DNA of 63,661 nucleotides, taken from positions 1 to 63,661 of IMG/VR virus record IMGVR_UViG_3300048851_000168; one strand, 5' to 3'. Every line of letters starts with the position of its first letter. The first letter of the stretch is position 1. Source of the DNA: a virus (lineage: Duplodnaviria > Caudoviricetes). The notes beneath the pieces were generated by a model. That model searched no databases. It had not been told where the DNA came from and saw only the letters and a list, made by a program, of their open reading frames with translations. Below are positions 37,032-47,521 of this stretch, in pieces. Position numbers and translations under genes: made by a program.

Positions 37032-38415
37032 GCCAACCCTAAACCCAGCATTGCGGGAATTCTGGGCCGCGCCGGCGCGCAACCGGGTGTTGTACGGGGG
37101 CCGAGCCTCCACGAAGTCATGGGACGCCGCAGGGTTTGCGACTTTCCTGGCCAGCAACTACAAGCTCCGGATCCTGTGTGTACGCCAGTTCCAGAACAAG
37201 ATCGAAGAATCGGTCTACACGCTGCTGAAGAACCAAATCGAGCGGTTTGGCCTGAATCCTAGGTTCCGGATACTGGAAAACAAGATCGTCGGCCGGGACA
37301 CCGGCACCGAGTTCATGTTCTATGGGCTGTGGCGTTCCATTGACGAGATCAAGTCGCTGGAGGCTATAGACATCCTCTGGATTGAGGAAGGCCACAACCT
37401 GACCGAGGATCAATGGAAGATCCTGGAGGCGACCATTCGTAAACAGGGGTCGCAGATCTGGATCATCTTCAATCCTCGGCTCGCTACGGACTTCGTATAC
37501 AAGCGTTTCGTGCTGAATCCTCCGCCCGACACCATCAAGCGGCTGATCAATTACACCGAGAACCCGTTCCTCTCGGACACGATGCGCAAGGTTATCGAAG
37601 CCGCCCGCGCCGAGGATGAGGACGAATACCGCCATATCTACCTGGGCGAGCCGAAGCAGGATGACGAAAGCTCGATCATTAAGCGGTCGTGGATCATGGC
37701 TTCCATCGACGCCCACAAGGCGCTTGGATTTGCCGCTGAAGGTCGAAAGCGCCTGGGCTTCGATATCGCCGACTCCGGCATCGATAAATGCGCGAACGTC
37801 TACTCGCATGGTTCCGTCGTGTTGTGGACCGACCTGTGGAAGGCCGGGGAAGATGAGCTGCTTATGTCATGCACCCGGACTTACCTCGCGGCACGCGACC
37901 GTGGCGCGCACATCACCTACGACTCGATTGGCGTGGGCGCTACCGCTGGCGCGAAGTTCGCTGAATTGAACGCCGCACGGCACGGGGTGAGCCCCGTCGT
38001 CTATGCCAAGTTCAATGCTGGGGGCGCCGTCTTTCGACCGGAAGCAGAATACAAACCGGGCACGAAGAACAAGGACATGTTCTCCAACATCAAGGCGCAG
38101 GCCTGGTGGCTGTTGGCGGACCGTTTCCGCAACACTTACAACGCGGTGCGCAAGGGCGAGAAATTCCCCGTCGACGAGATGATCAGCCTGTCGAGCGATC
38201 TACCCAACATTGAGCTGCTCATTGAAGAACTTGCCACCCCCAAGAAAGACTACGACCAGAACGGTCGAGTGAAGGTCGAAAGCAAGAAGGACCTGGCCAA
38301 GCCGAACCGTGAGGGTGGCCCGGTGCCATCTCCGAACCTGGCTGACGCGATAGTTATGGCGTACGCGCCGGCGCCCGCACCAATGCAAATTTCCGATGAA
38401 GCCCTTGCTGGCTGA
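37018..38415 (+). CDS. terL: Terminase large subunit, PBSX family
   Basis: YGGRASTKS, WIEEG, FNP, GFDIAD, SPNLADA. Confidence 0.93.
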   Translation: MESHKPTLNPALREFWAAPARNRVLYGGRASTKSWDAAGFATFLASNYKLRILCVRQFQNKIEESVYTLLKNQIERFGLNPRFRILENKIVGRDTGTEFMFYGLWRSIDEIKSLEAIDILWIEEGHNLTEDQWKILEATIRKQGSQIWIIFNPRLATDFVYKRFVLNPPPDTIKRLINYTENPFLSDTMRKVIEAARAEDEDEYRHIYLGEPKQDDESSIIKRSWIMASIDAHKALGFAAEGRKRLGFDIADSGIDKCANVYSHGSVVLWTDLWKAGEDELLMSCTRTYLAARDRGAHITYDSIGVGATAGAKFAELNAARHGVSPVVYAKFNAGGAVFRPEAEYKPGTKNKDMFSNIKAQAWWLLADRFRNTYNAVRKGEKFPVDEMISLSSDLPNIELLIEELATPKKDYDQNGRVKVESKKDLAKPNREGGPVPSPNLADAIVMAYAPAPAPMQISDEALAG

Positions 38416-38427
38416 TACCCGTATCCA

Positions 38428-39981
38428 ATGATCAATCTCAAATTCTGGCGTAAGGCAGCGCCGGCGGTCGGTGCTGCGCCTGCCGTGCCGGATACACCAG
38501 GTGCCACCAAGATTGGCGGGATGAAGATCAGCGATGTGGCCGTCTTGACTGTCCCGGGGGCTGAAATACCTCGCGGAGTAGCATTCAAGGCGCCTGACGT
38601 GCCGCCGGGGGTGATCCCGGCACAGGCTAAGTTGGCCTGCGACTCGGCGATGACGCAGAACTATGCGTTTGCTGTCCAGGGAGCGTATAGCGAAGGCCTG
38701 GAGTTCATGGGCTATGCATACCTATCGGAACTGACCCAGCGGCCGGAATACCGGCGTCCAGCCGAGATCCTGGCCAAGGAAATGACTCGGGAGTGGATCA
38801 AGCTGCAGGCGATTGGCGACGATCCGACGGGCGCGATCGCCGAAAAGCTGCGCAAGATCGAGGCGGAGATGAAGCGCCTGGGCGTCCAGGCTGCGTTCCA
38901 GAAGGCGGCGGAACAGGATGGGTACTTCGGACGCTCGCAGATTTATCTAGATACCGGCAGCACCGATGATCTTGAAGAACTTAAGATTCCACTGTCCGAG
39001 ACGGCTGAAAAGATCGGCATCGGGATGCTGAAGGCCATCACGGTCATCGAGCCGATCTGGACCTATCCGAATGCCTACAACAGCACGGATCCGCTGAAGC
39101 ATGACTTCTTCCGTCCTCAGAACTGGTTCGTCATGGGGAAGGAAGTTCACGCAAGCCGTTTGCTGACGTTCGTGAGCCGGCCGGTACCGGACATGCTGAA
39201 GCCTTCCTATGCATTCGGCGGCCTCAGCCTTTCCCAGATCTCCAAGCCGTACGTGGACAACTGGCTGCGGACGCGCCAGAGTGTCTCGGACCTGATCAGC
39301 AACTTCAGCGTCATGGGGGTCAAGACGGACCTTTCAACGGTCCTGAATGGCGGCGGCTCCGAGATGATGAACAAGCGAGCCCAACTGTTCAACCAGACGC
39401 GGAACAACCGCGGCTTGATGATGTTGAACAAGGATACAGAGGAGTTCTTTAATGTCTCGGCACCTCTCGCCAGCCTGGACAAACTGCAGGCGCAGTCTCA
39501 AGAGCATATGGCGGCGGTCGACGGAATCCCGCTGGTGATCCTTCTGGGCATCACGCCGACCGGCTTGAACGCCTCCAGTGAAGGCGAATTGGAAACGTTC
39601 TATGCCTGGACCAAGGCGCAGCAGGAAGCACTTTTCACGCCCCAGCTATCCAAGCTGATCAATGTGATTCAACTGTCCCTGTTCGGGGAGATCGATCCCG
39701 CAATCGGGTTCAAGTACATGCCGCTGTGGACGCTGAGCGAAGTTGAACAGGCGACCGCCCGGAAGACCGAAGCAGATACGGACATTGCCTACATCGGTGC
39801 GGGCGTCATCACGCCGGACGAGTCGCGGGCCAGACTGGCTGGCCAAGAAGACGGACCATATTCGTCCCTGGATCTCTCCGAGGAATTACCGGAAGTCCCC
39901 GAGCCGGAAAGTGGACCGTTGCGACACGCCGAAGAGGTCAGCGGGCAACAGGAAGAGGAAGACGAGGCGCTTGCGGCCTAG
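38428..39981 (+). CDS. Portal protein (DUF1073)
   Basis: GYAYLSELTQRPEYR, IPLVILLGITPTGLNASSEGE; follows terL. Confidence 0.88.
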   Translation: MINLKFWRKAAPAVGAAPAVPDTPGATKIGGMKISDVAVLTVPGAEIPRGVAFKAPDVPPGVIPAQAKLACDSAMTQNYAFAVQGAYSEGLEFMGYAYLSELTQRPEYRRPAEILAKEMTREWIKLQAIGDDPTGAIAEKLRKIEAEMKRLGVQAAFQKAAEQDGYFGRSQIYLDTGSTDDLEELKIPLSETAEKIGIGMLKAITVIEPIWTYPNAYNSTDPLKHDFFRPQNWFVMGKEVHASRLLTFVSRPVPDMLKPSYAFGGLSLSQISKPYVDNWLRTRQSVSDLISNFSVMGVKTDLSTVLNGGGSEMMNKRAQLFNQTRNNRGLMMLNKDTEEFFNVSAPLASLDKLQAQSQEHMAAVDGIPLVILLGITPTGLNASSEGELETFYAWTKAQQEALFTPQLSKLINVIQLSLFGEIDPAIGFKYMPLWTLSEVEQATARKTEADTDIAYIGAGVITPDESRARLAGQEDGPYSSLDLSEELPEVPEPESGPLRHAEEVSGQQEEEDEALAA

Positions 39982-40226
39982 CCGTACTTGATGGCGTCGA
40001 TGCGCGCGATCATGGCGGCCAGCTCGAAGCGAAGGGCATCGAAACGCGGTTTTCCGTCAGCGGACGTCGCGCCATCCTTCAACTTGAACATGTCCAGCTC
40101 GGTATCGAGCAGATCGGATAGGTTGAAGCGTGCGGCATATTCGTCATTCTGGCCGACGTAGACGACCACGCGCTGAAATTCCTCGTGGTCATAGCCGACA
40201 TAATCGACGGCGATGTCCTGTTTCAT
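39978..40226 (-). CDS. Small acidic antisense moron protein
   Basis: AAGGA RBS; stop overlaps the portal stop. Confidence 0.65.
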   Translation of the reverse strand: MKQDIAVDYVGYDHEEFQRVVVYVGQNDEYAARFNLSDLLDTELDMFKLKDGATSADGKPRFDALRFELAAMIARIDAIKYG

Positions 40227-40244
40227 GATTCTGGTGTCCTTCTG

Positions 40245-41114
40245 ATGGGTTTGCGCATGGCCACCGATGCACTGAAGAATGCTAGCCCGGATCGCAGCCT
40301 GGTGTCCCCGACCGGAAAAGAGATCCACGTGCGGCCGGTGCGTCCGAATGCCGGCGTTCAGGCCCAGTACCGGAAGCAGCTCGATCAGATGATCGACGCG
40401 ATGCAGAAATCCCTGGTGTGGTGGCTTTCGGCCCAGTATAGGGCGAATTCCCCGACGCTCGCGGAGGATGCCGGCAAGGAACGGTCGGTCGGCAGCCCGG
40501 CCATGACGTTACGCCGAGCGATGCACCGGCTGACCACTTACTGGCAACGCCGGTTCGACGAGCGCTCGCGCCAGATGGCGCTGAACTTCTCCGACAAGGC
40601 CATGGGGAATGCCGACTTCCAGCTCCGGGAGTCCTTGAAGGCATCCGGGTTTTCGGTGGAATTCAAGATGACGGCGGCGGCCAATGACGTCTACCAGGCC
40701 ACCATCGGGGAGAACGTCGGGCTGATCCGCTCCATCGCCGCGGAGCACCTGCAGGAGGTCGAAGGCCTCGTGATGCGGTCGGTGACGCAGGGACGCAAGT
40801 TGGACGACCTGTCAAAGGACTTGGAGAAGCGCTACCAGGTCACGAAGCGCCGGGCCGCGCTGATCGCCCGTGACCAGAACAACAAGGCCACGGCGACGAT
40901 TACGCGCGTGCGCCAGCAGGGCCTGGGAATTAAGCAGGCGCGTTGGATGCACTCAGCCGGCGGGAAGGAGCCGCGGCAGTCTCATGTGGCGGCCAGCGGC
41001 AAGCTGTACGACGTGGACAAGGGCATGTACATCGACGGCGAGTGGATCCGACCGGGTGAGATGATCAATTGCCGATGCGTGGCGCAGAGCGTGATCCCTG
41101 GATTCGAGGACTGA
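40245..41114 (+). CDS. Minor head protein (SPP1 gp7 / Mu F family)
   Basis: RAALIARDQ..PRQSH..PGEMINCRC. Confidence 0.88.
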   Translation: MGLRMATDALKNASPDRSLVSPTGKEIHVRPVRPNAGVQAQYRKQLDQMIDAMQKSLVWWLSAQYRANSPTLAEDAGKERSVGSPAMTLRRAMHRLTTYWQRRFDERSRQMALNFSDKAMGNADFQLRESLKASGFSVEFKMTAAANDVYQATIGENVGLIRSIAAEHLQEVEGLVMRSVTQGRKLDDLSKDLEKRYQVTKRRAALIARDQNNKATATITRVRQQGLGIKQARWMHSAGGKEPRQSHVAASGKLYDVDKGMYIDGEWIRPGEMINCRCVAQSVIPGFED

Positions 41115-41115
41115 T

Positions 41116-41271
41116 ATGGCGACGGTGAAGATCGGGTTTCGATTCGTCTGGTGGGCTCGTCCGCTGGCCGTGACTGCCATGTATGCGGCGCTGCCCTTCG
41201 TGGGCGTGGAGCGAGCGTTAAGCGCTGGCGTCTGGGTCTTCATGCGCGGCATGCGCATTGTCATCTCGTAG
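41116..41271 (+). CDS. 51-aa hydrophobic protein
   Basis: GAGG RBS; ATG 1 nt after the upstream stop. Confidence 0.5.
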   Translation: MATVKIGFRFVWWARPLAVTAMYAALPFVGVERALSAGVWVFMRGMRIVIS

Positions 41272-41295
41272 AAAGCAGTTCCCGAATAGCCAATA

Positions 41296-41322
41296 GCCCG
41301 CCGCAAGCGGGCATTTTTATTT
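41296..41322 (+). terminator. Intrinsic terminator
   Basis: GCCCGC/GCGGGC stem followed by ATTTTTATTT. Confidence 0.7.
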
Positions 41323-41332
41323 GCACGACGCC

Positions 41333-43204
41333 ATGGCCACTCCGAAAACGCTGTATGTCTGCCGGCCCCTGGCCAACGCGAACGACCTGATCGCATGGGC
41401 GCAGTCCCAGGGATTCGGTAAAACGCTCGACGGCGACGATATACATACGACGCTCGCCTACAGCCGGACGCCTCTGGATTGGGACGCTGCGGGGACCGGC
41501 GCGGACGCGCTGGTCGTTCCAGGCGGGGCAGAGGGGCGGTCGGTCGAGCAGCTCGGCGACAGGGGCGCCATCGTCCTCAAGTTTGGGTCGCCCGACCAGG
41601 CCAATCGCTGGCAGCAGTTCCGGGATGCGGGGGCATCTTGGGATTACGAAGGCTACCAGCCGCACGTGACCATCACCTATGACGCCTCGGGCGTCGACCT
41701 CGCTGCAGTGCAGCCCTACGACGGTCCCCTGAAATTTGGTCCGGAGCGGTACGCCGAAATCGATGACGGGCGCGCGGAAAGGGCGGCGGCAATGGATGCA
41801 GTGCTGATCACCTCCAGCCGCATGGCGTTCGACCGCAGCACCGTCCGTCGGATCGACCAAGACGGACGTCTCCACGTCGACATCAGCAACATCAGTAAGG
41901 CTGCGGTGAACCCCTACCTGGGTTCTGAAATACCGGATTGGGAGGAACTGGGCCTGGACCCGACGAAGGTCTACCAGTTGCTCCGCGATCCAGAGGAACT
42001 GAAGAAGGCCGCGCCGACCTTCAACAACCTGCCGCTGATTGACGCTTACGAACAAACCGGCAAGGAGCACATCCCGGTATCGGCCCTGGATCCCAAGAAA
42101 GAGATCATCTGCGGCAGCTTCGGGACCGATGCGGAATTCGTTTCCCCTTACCTGCGTAACAGCCTCGTTGTCTGGGACGCTACGGCGATCAAGGGAATTC
42201 AGAACGAAACGCGGAAGGAAATTTCCTGCGCCTATTACTACCGGGCGGACATGACGCCCGGCACCTATCAAGGCACCGCCTATCACGGCGTGATGCGTGA
42301 CATTCGTGGCAACCACGGCGCGCTTGTACGCGCTGGCCGCGCTGGCTCCGACGTTGTTGTCGGGGATTCTCAACTGGAGAAAAGCACTATGAGCAAGAAG
42401 CCCCTTTCTCGGAAGGCAGCGTTGGCGAAGGGGGCCTTGCTGGCCCACCGTCCGAAGCTGGCCGCCGATGCAAAGCTCGACCTGAACGCCATCATGGCCG
42501 GCATCACCGCTGCGAACTGGAAGGACAAGAAGAGCGGCATCCTGGCCGCGATCAAGCCCAAGCTCGCTGCCGATGCCGACGTAGGCGGATTGGTGGCGCT
42601 GCTGGACAGCCTGGACAACGCCGACGACAACGTGGGTCTGGATGACGACCAAGCCGACATGATTGATGGCGCCGTTGACGCCGGCCCCATCGAAGACATC
42701 ATCTCCGGCCTGAAAGGCAAGATCAGCGACGAAGACCTGGCGGCGGTCGAAGCCAAGCTCCGTGCGCTGAAGCTGGCGAAGGCAGAGGAAGACCCGCCGG
42801 TCGGTGATGATCCGCCGGCGACCAATGGCACTCCAGCCGCTCCGGCCACGTCCAACACGGACGACGTGGTAAGCAAGCCGGCCATGGACGCCGCAATCCA
42901 GCGCGCGGTCAAGGAGACCGAGAACCGTACCGTCGCGCGCATGCGCGATATCGCGGCCGCACAGGAGTTCGTGCAACCCTGGGTCGGGAAGCTTGCCTTG
43001 GCACAGGACAGCGCTGAAGGCGTCTACCGCGTGGCTCTGGAGACGCTTGGCGTAGACATCAAGGGCGTGCATGCCAGCGCCTATCGGCCCATCCTGCAAG
43101 CCCAGCCCAAGCCCGGCGAAGTGCAGAAGCGCATAGCCCAGGACAGCGCGCAGCCGCAAGGCTTCAGCGATCGTTTCCCGAACGCTTCTGTCCGTCACGT
43201 TTAA
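41333..43204 (+). CDS. Fusion: Acb1-like 2H phosphoesterase + DUF2213 head-maturation domain + scaffold-like C-terminus
   Basis: IHTTLAYSR and YQPHVTITY (two HxT motifs); [32 protein letters not shown] (DUF2213). Confidence 0.85.
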   Translation: MATPKTLYVCRPLANANDLIAWAQSQGFGKTLDGDDIHTTLAYSRTPLDWDAAGTGADALVVPGGAEGRSVEQLGDRGAIVLKFGSPDQANRWQQFRDAGASWDYEGYQPHVTITYDASGVDLAAVQPYDGPLKFGPERYAEIDDGRAERAAAMDAVLITSSRMAFDRSTVRRIDQDGRLHVDISNISKAAVNPYLGSEIPDWEELGLDPTKVYQLLRDPEELKKAAPTFNNLPLIDAYEQTGKEHIPVSALDPKKEIICGSFGTDAEFVSPYLRNSLVVWDATAIKGIQNETRKEISCAYYYRADMTPGTYQGTAYHGVMRDIRGNHGALVRAGRAGSDVVVGDSQLEKSTMSKKPLSRKAALAKGALLAHRPKLAADAKLDLNAIMAGITAANWKDKKSGILAAIKPKLAADADVGGLVALLDSLDNADDNVGLDDDQADMIDGAVDAGPIEDIISGLKGKISDEDLAAVEAKLRALKLAKAEEDPPVGDDPPATNGTPAAPATSNTDDVVSKPAMDAAIQRAVKETENRTVARMRDIAAAQEFVQPWVGKLALAQDSAEGVYRVALETLGVDIKGVHASAYRPILQAQPKPGEVQKRIAQDSAQPQGFSDRFPNASVRHV

Positions 43205-43215
43205 GGAGCAACAAA

Positions 43216-44115
43216 ATGGGATTTCCCACTCAAGTCAATGTCGTTCCAGGCGTAGGCGTCGCCGGCGACTTCGCCTCTGCCAACCCCCGCGCTTCCGTGG
43301 TAAACGGTCCCGGCGCGTTCGTGGCCGGCCCGGCCGGCGTAGCCGTCGGCCTCTTCGCCTGGGCGGATGCGGCCAATATCCGCGTCAACAACTTCGGCGG
43401 CGGCAAGCCAACCGGATTCGTCCACCGCGCCCAGCAGGGCCTCATCACTCGCTTCCTGGAAGAATCGTCCATGGTTGTGCCGGCCGGCCTGCCCGTGACG
43501 CTCTTCAGCGCGGGTGACTTCTGGGTCAAGAACGACGGCGCCACCACGTCGGCCATCGGCCAGACCGCGTACGCCGACAATTCGAACGGCAAGGTGCAAT
43601 TCGGCTCCAACTGGACCGGCGCCAGCGTGACCGGCTCCATTGCCGCGAACGTGGTTACCGGCTCCATCGCGGGAACGACGCTGACGGTGACTGCCGCCAC
43701 GACCGGCGTGCTGACCGTCGGCCAGACCATCAGCGGCACCAACGTCACCGCGGGCACCCAGATCGTCGAGATCTTGACCGGTACGGGCGGCGTCGGCACG
43801 TACAAGGTGAGCGTCGGGCAAACGGTGGCCAGCACGACCATCACCGGCTCTGGCGGCACGCTAACCGTCACCGCCGTCGGCTCTGGCTCGCTCGGTCTAG
43901 GCGATGCCCTGAGCGGCTCCGGCATCACCGACGGGACCTACATTACTGGCCTCATCACCGGCGCCGGCGGCACGGGCACCTACGCGGTCAACGTCGGCCA
44001 GACGGCGTCCTCGACCACGGTCACGGTCGCCTCCGGCACGGCAACCAAGTGGGTCGCCCTGTCGGTCGGCGCACCGGGTGATCTGGTCAAGATGTCCACC
44101 TACGTCCTCGGCTAA
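43216..44115 (+). CDS. Head decoration/cement protein with inserted beta repeats
   Basis: [24 protein letters not shown]; directly before the capsid gene. Confidence 0.75.
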   Translation: MGFPTQVNVVPGVGVAGDFASANPRASVVNGPGAFVAGPAGVAVGLFAWADAANIRVNNFGGGKPTGFVHRAQQGLITRFLEESSMVVPAGLPVTLFSAGDFWVKNDGATTSAIGQTAYADNSNGKVQFGSNWTGASVTGSIAANVVTGSIAGTTLTVTAATTGVLTVGQTISGTNVTAGTQIVEILTGTGGVGTYKVSVGQTVASTTITGSGGTLTVTAVGSGSLGLGDALSGSGITDGTYITGLITGAGGTGTYAVNVGQTASSTTVTVASGTATKWVALSVGAPGDLVKMSTYVLG

Positions 44116-44132
44116 GCCAAAGGAAGAAAATC

Positions 44133-45203
44133 ATGCAACGCAATCAAGACCTGGCGGTGTTCGAGCGCGAGTGGGGCATCACGTTCCCCGGCTCGATGGC
44201 ATTCACCAAACCGGAATGGAAACAAAACATCCAACTGGCCATGGATGCCCAGCCTTCGCTGGTTACCACGCCGAACAGCGGCATTCCGTCGTTTCTGACG
44301 ACCTTCGTCGATCCGGACATCCTGACCATCTTGACGGCCAAGAACGCGGCCGCCGAGATCTTCGGCGAGGTGCGAAAGGGCGCCTTCGTCGATACGACCG
44401 CGATATTCCCGGTGGTGGAACATACTGGCGAGGTGTCCAGCTACGGGGATTTCTCGGAAAATGGCATGTCGGGTGCGAACTCCAACTTTCCGCAGCGCGA
44501 AGCGTACCTGTACCAGACCATCGTCAATTACGGCGACCTGGAAATGGAACGCGCCGGCCTGGCGAAGATCGGCTGGGCTGCCACGCTCAAGCAATCGGCC
44601 GTCATCAACCTGAACAAGTTCCAGAACCTGACGTACTTCTTGGGCGTTCAGGGCCTCCAGAACTACGGGTTGCTGAATGATCCGGGCCTGTCGGCGCCGA
44701 TCGCTCCGGCGCCTAAAGCTGCTGGTGGCAACAAGTGGATCAATAACGGGGTGATCGTTGCCACGGCCAACGAGGTCTATGCCGATATCCAGAGCCTCTT
44801 CATCCAAGAGGTGGTTCAATCATCGGGCAATATCGACCAGAAGTCGCCCATGACGCTGGCAATGTCGCCTGTCGCCGAAGTAGCCCTGACCGCGACCAAC
44901 CAGTTCAACGTCAACGTCAGCGATCTGCTGAAGAAGAACTTTCCCAACTTGGTGGTCAAGACGGCCGTCCAGTACGGGGCGCTCTCGGCGCAGAACCCGC
45001 AGGGCAATCCCGCTGGCGAACTCGTGCAGCTGATCGCCGACGAAGTGGAAGGTCAGGACACAGGCTACTGCGCGTTCAACGAAAAGCTCCGCGGCGGCGT
45101 GATCGTCCAGAACCTATCCAGCTTCAAACAGAAGATGTCGCAGGGAACGTGGGGCGCCATCGTTCGCCAGCCGTTCGCGATCTCGCAGATGGTGGGCGTC
45201 TAA
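44133..45203 (+). CDS. Major capsid protein (DUF2184-like)
   Basis: N..YFLGVQGLQNYGLLNDP, QKMSQGTWGAIVRQP. Confidence 0.88.
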   Translation: MQRNQDLAVFEREWGITFPGSMAFTKPEWKQNIQLAMDAQPSLVTTPNSGIPSFLTTFVDPDILTILTAKNAAAEIFGEVRKGAFVDTTAIFPVVEHTGEVSSYGDFSENGMSGANSNFPQREAYLYQTIVNYGDLEMERAGLAKIGWAATLKQSAVINLNKFQNLTYFLGVQGLQNYGLLNDPGLSAPIAPAPKAAGGNKWINNGVIVATANEVYADIQSLFIQEVVQSSGNIDQKSPMTLAMSPVAEVALTATNQFNVNVSDLLKKNFPNLVVKTAVQYGALSAQNPQGNPAGELVQLIADEVEGQDTGYCAFNEKLRGGVIVQNLSSFKQKMSQGTWGAIVRQPFAISQMVGV

Positions 45204-45227
45204 CCACGTCAGATCCGCAACATCAGG

Positions 45228-45260
45228 AAATGGCCCGCCTTGCGCGGGCCATTTTTATTT
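45228..45260 (+). terminator. Terminator after the capsid gene
   Basis: AAATGGCCCGC..GCGGGCCATTT followed by T run. Confidence 0.75.
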
Positions 45261-45281
45261 CACAACAGGAAGGAGAATCAC

Positions 45282-45707
45282 ATGCCCGGTACCGTCACAA
45301 TCGCGTGCAAGCTGCCTCATGGGCTCATCTTGCGCGTTTTCGACATGATCGATGGCCAGGAGCCAGTCATGGGCGGTGGCTTTCGCAAGATCAAGGTCGC
45401 CAAGGAGCGCCAGGAGCGCGCCACCATCAAAGGTTGGGCCCATCCGCAGAACCATGCTCCCAAGGCACCGTTGGTGGGCGGATTCGCGCTGACCTCCGGC
45501 GTCGACAAGGATCTGTGGGACGCGTGGCTGGCGCAGAATGGCCAGTCCGACCTGGTCAAGAACGGCCTGATCTTCGCTCACGAGACGGTCGACAGCGTCA
45601 ACGATGAAGCGAAGGAGAAGCGTGCGCTGCGCTCGGGCTTGGAACGCCTCGATCCCGCCAAACTGCCCAAGGGCATCCAAAAGCACGAAACCGTCGAGGA
45701 ACAGTAA
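45282..45707 (+). CDS. Head-associated hypothetical protein
   Basis: AGGAG RBS; [18 protein letters not shown]. Confidence 0.75.
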   Translation: MPGTVTIACKLPHGLILRVFDMIDGQEPVMGGGFRKIKVAKERQERATIKGWAHPQNHAPKAPLVGGFALTSGVDKDLWDAWLAQNGQSDLVKNGLIFAHETVDSVNDEAKEKRALRSGLERLDPAKLPKGIQKHETVEEQ

Positions 45708-45709
45708 CC

Positions 45710-46165
45710 ATGGAAGGCGTCGTCGTTTTCGACTACGCCGCCTGGGCTCTTCGGTATCCGGAGCTGGCGGCGTCGGTGCCCCAGCCCCTGGCCCAGCAGT
45801 ACTTCAACGAGGCCCAGCTTTACTGTGACAACACCCCGTGCAGCCCGATCCGTGACTGGAAGCCGGGCGGCGAGCGCGCGATGCTGCTCAACATGGTCAC
45901 GGCGCATATCGCAGCGCTGAATGCGCCTATAGGCGGTCAAGGGTCGTCCCCACTGGTGGGGCGCATTAACAGCGCGACCGAGGGTAGTGTTTCCGTGCAG
46001 TCGCAACTCGACATGCCGCCCGGTACCGCGCAATGGTTTGCTCAGACCAAGTTCGGCCTTGCGTTCTGGACTGCGACTGCGCAGTACCGGACCATGCGGT
46101 ACGTCCCGGGCCCGGTGTTTGACCCAGACCCATGGGCGGCTGGATTCGGCTATCGGATTCGCTGA
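45710..46165 (+). CDS. Head-tail adaptor (DUF4054)
   Basis: [25 protein letters not shown]. Confidence 0.82.
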   Translation: MEGVVVFDYAAWALRYPELAASVPQPLAQQYFNEAQLYCDNTPCSPIRDWKPGGERAMLLNMVTAHIAALNAPIGGQGSSPLVGRINSATEGSVSVQSQLDMPPGTAQWFAQTKFGLAFWTATAQYRTMRYVPGPVFDPDPWAAGFGYRIR

Positions 46166-46617
46166 TGGCTGCCGTCGGATTGTCCGGGGGCGTCGTCCTC
46201 CAAGCGAAGCTGGCCGAGATTGCCAAGCGGGTTGGCCAGGGCGGAACGTTGCGCGTGGGCTTCCTGGAGGGTGCGACCTACCCGGACGGCACGCCCGTCG
46301 CCTACGTAGGCGCCATTCAGGAGTATGGCGATCCAGCACACAACCTGCCGGCCCGCTCGTTCTTCCGGACGATGATCGCGGGGAAAGCGGCGCAGTGGGG
46401 TGTAGCGCTGGGCAAGATCGCCATTGCGACCGACTATGACGTTGATCAGACGTTGGGGCAGATGGGCGAAGGGATCAAGGGCCAACTGCAAGGATCCATC
46501 CAGGCGCTGACGTCACCCCCGCTCAAGCCGTCGACGGTCAAGGCGAAGGGATTCGACAAGCCGTTGGTGGACACCGGCCACATGCTCAACAGCGTCGATT
46601 ACGAGGTGGACACGTGA
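46165..46617 (+). CDS. Neck/tail completion protein
   Basis: VGFLEGATYPDG, PARSFFR, KPLVDTGHM. Confidence 0.8.
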   Translation: MAAVGLSGGVVLQAKLAEIAKRVGQGGTLRVGFLEGATYPDGTPVAYVGAIQEYGDPAHNLPARSFFRTMIAGKAAQWGVALGKIAIATDYDVDQTLGQMGEGIKGQLQGSIQALTSPPLKPSTVKAKGFDKPLVDTGHMLNSVDYEVDT

Positions 46618-46988
46618 ACCTGCATGGAATCGTGGCGCCGATCATCTCCGCCGTGAACCCGATGATCACGGCGACGGTGAAGTACAGCACCGGGTCAGTG
46701 AAGGATCCCGATACCTTTGAGCAGGTGCCCTCCTACAGCACGGTCGAAGGCGCAAGGATCCAGGTGCAGGCGCTGACCGGCGAGGACATCGACCATATCC
46801 AGGGCCTGAATCTGCAGGGCGTCGTGCGCGCGATCTACCTGTACGGAGACACCCAAGGGGTAAATCGGCCCAGCCAGAAGGGCGGCGACCTGGTCATTTT
46901 CAATGGCCAGACCTGGCTGACTGCCATCGTGCTGGAGACGTGGCCGGATTGGTCCAAAGTCGCGGCGACGCTGCAGATGGATGCCTGA
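46614..46988 (+). CDS. Head closure-like protein
   Basis: MNLHGIV..KGGDLV..VLETWPDW. Confidence 0.75.
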   Translation: MNLHGIVAPIISAVNPMITATVKYSTGSVKDPDTFEQVPSYSTVEGARIQVQALTGEDIDHIQGLNLQGVVRAIYLYGDTQGVNRPSQKGGDLVIFNGQTWLTAIVLETWPDWSKVAATLQMDA

Positions 46989-47518
46989 TGCCGACGATAT
47001 CTATTACCGAGAAGAACCTGTTCAAGGTGCTTGGCGACTTCTTGACGTCGGTCGTTGGAGATATCGTCGTCAAGGGTCAGGTCAACCGAGTACCGATGCC
47101 GTCCGGCGATACGGTGTATATGACGCCCGGCGCATCGGTGCAGCTCGCGACGGTTGTCCAGACCTACACGGACGAGGGCAATACCCACACGTCAAATTTC
47201 AAGCAGTCCAAGCAGTGGGCCGCGCAGATCGACTGCTACGGCGACAGCGCGAACGACTGCGCCGCGGTGATCTCTACCGCGCTGCGCACGATCTACGCAT
47301 GTGATTTCTTCAAGGCGACAGGGCTGGAGATTCAGCCTCTGTATGCCACCGACCCCCAACAGCTACCGCTGGTGACCGGCGAAAACCAATACCTGGAACG
47401 CTGGGGCTTTCAAGCGGTGCTTCAGTACAACCCCGTCATCACGGTCACGCAGGAATTCGCGGACCAGCTGGTGATCGGACTTATCAACGTCGACGCAACA
47501 TTCCCAGCCGGAGCTTAA
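46988..47518 (+). CDS. Neck/tail terminator-like protein
   Basis: GQVNRVP, QIDCYG, LQYNP; precedes the sheath gene. Confidence 0.72.
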   Translation: MPTISITEKNLFKVLGDFLTSVVGDIVVKGQVNRVPMPSGDTVYMTPGASVQLATVVQTYTDEGNTHTSNFKQSKQWAAQIDCYGDSANDCAAVISTALRTIYACDFFKATGLEIQPLYATDPQQLPLVTGENQYLERWGFQAVLQYNPVITVTQEFADQLVIGLINVDATFPAGA

Positions 47519-47521
47519 GCA

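Noticed and set aside
38428-39981. Portal as an Acb1 protein (DUF1073 portals are sometimes labelled so)
   Set aside because: No paired HxT motifs here; the Acb1-like domain is on the DUF2213 gene
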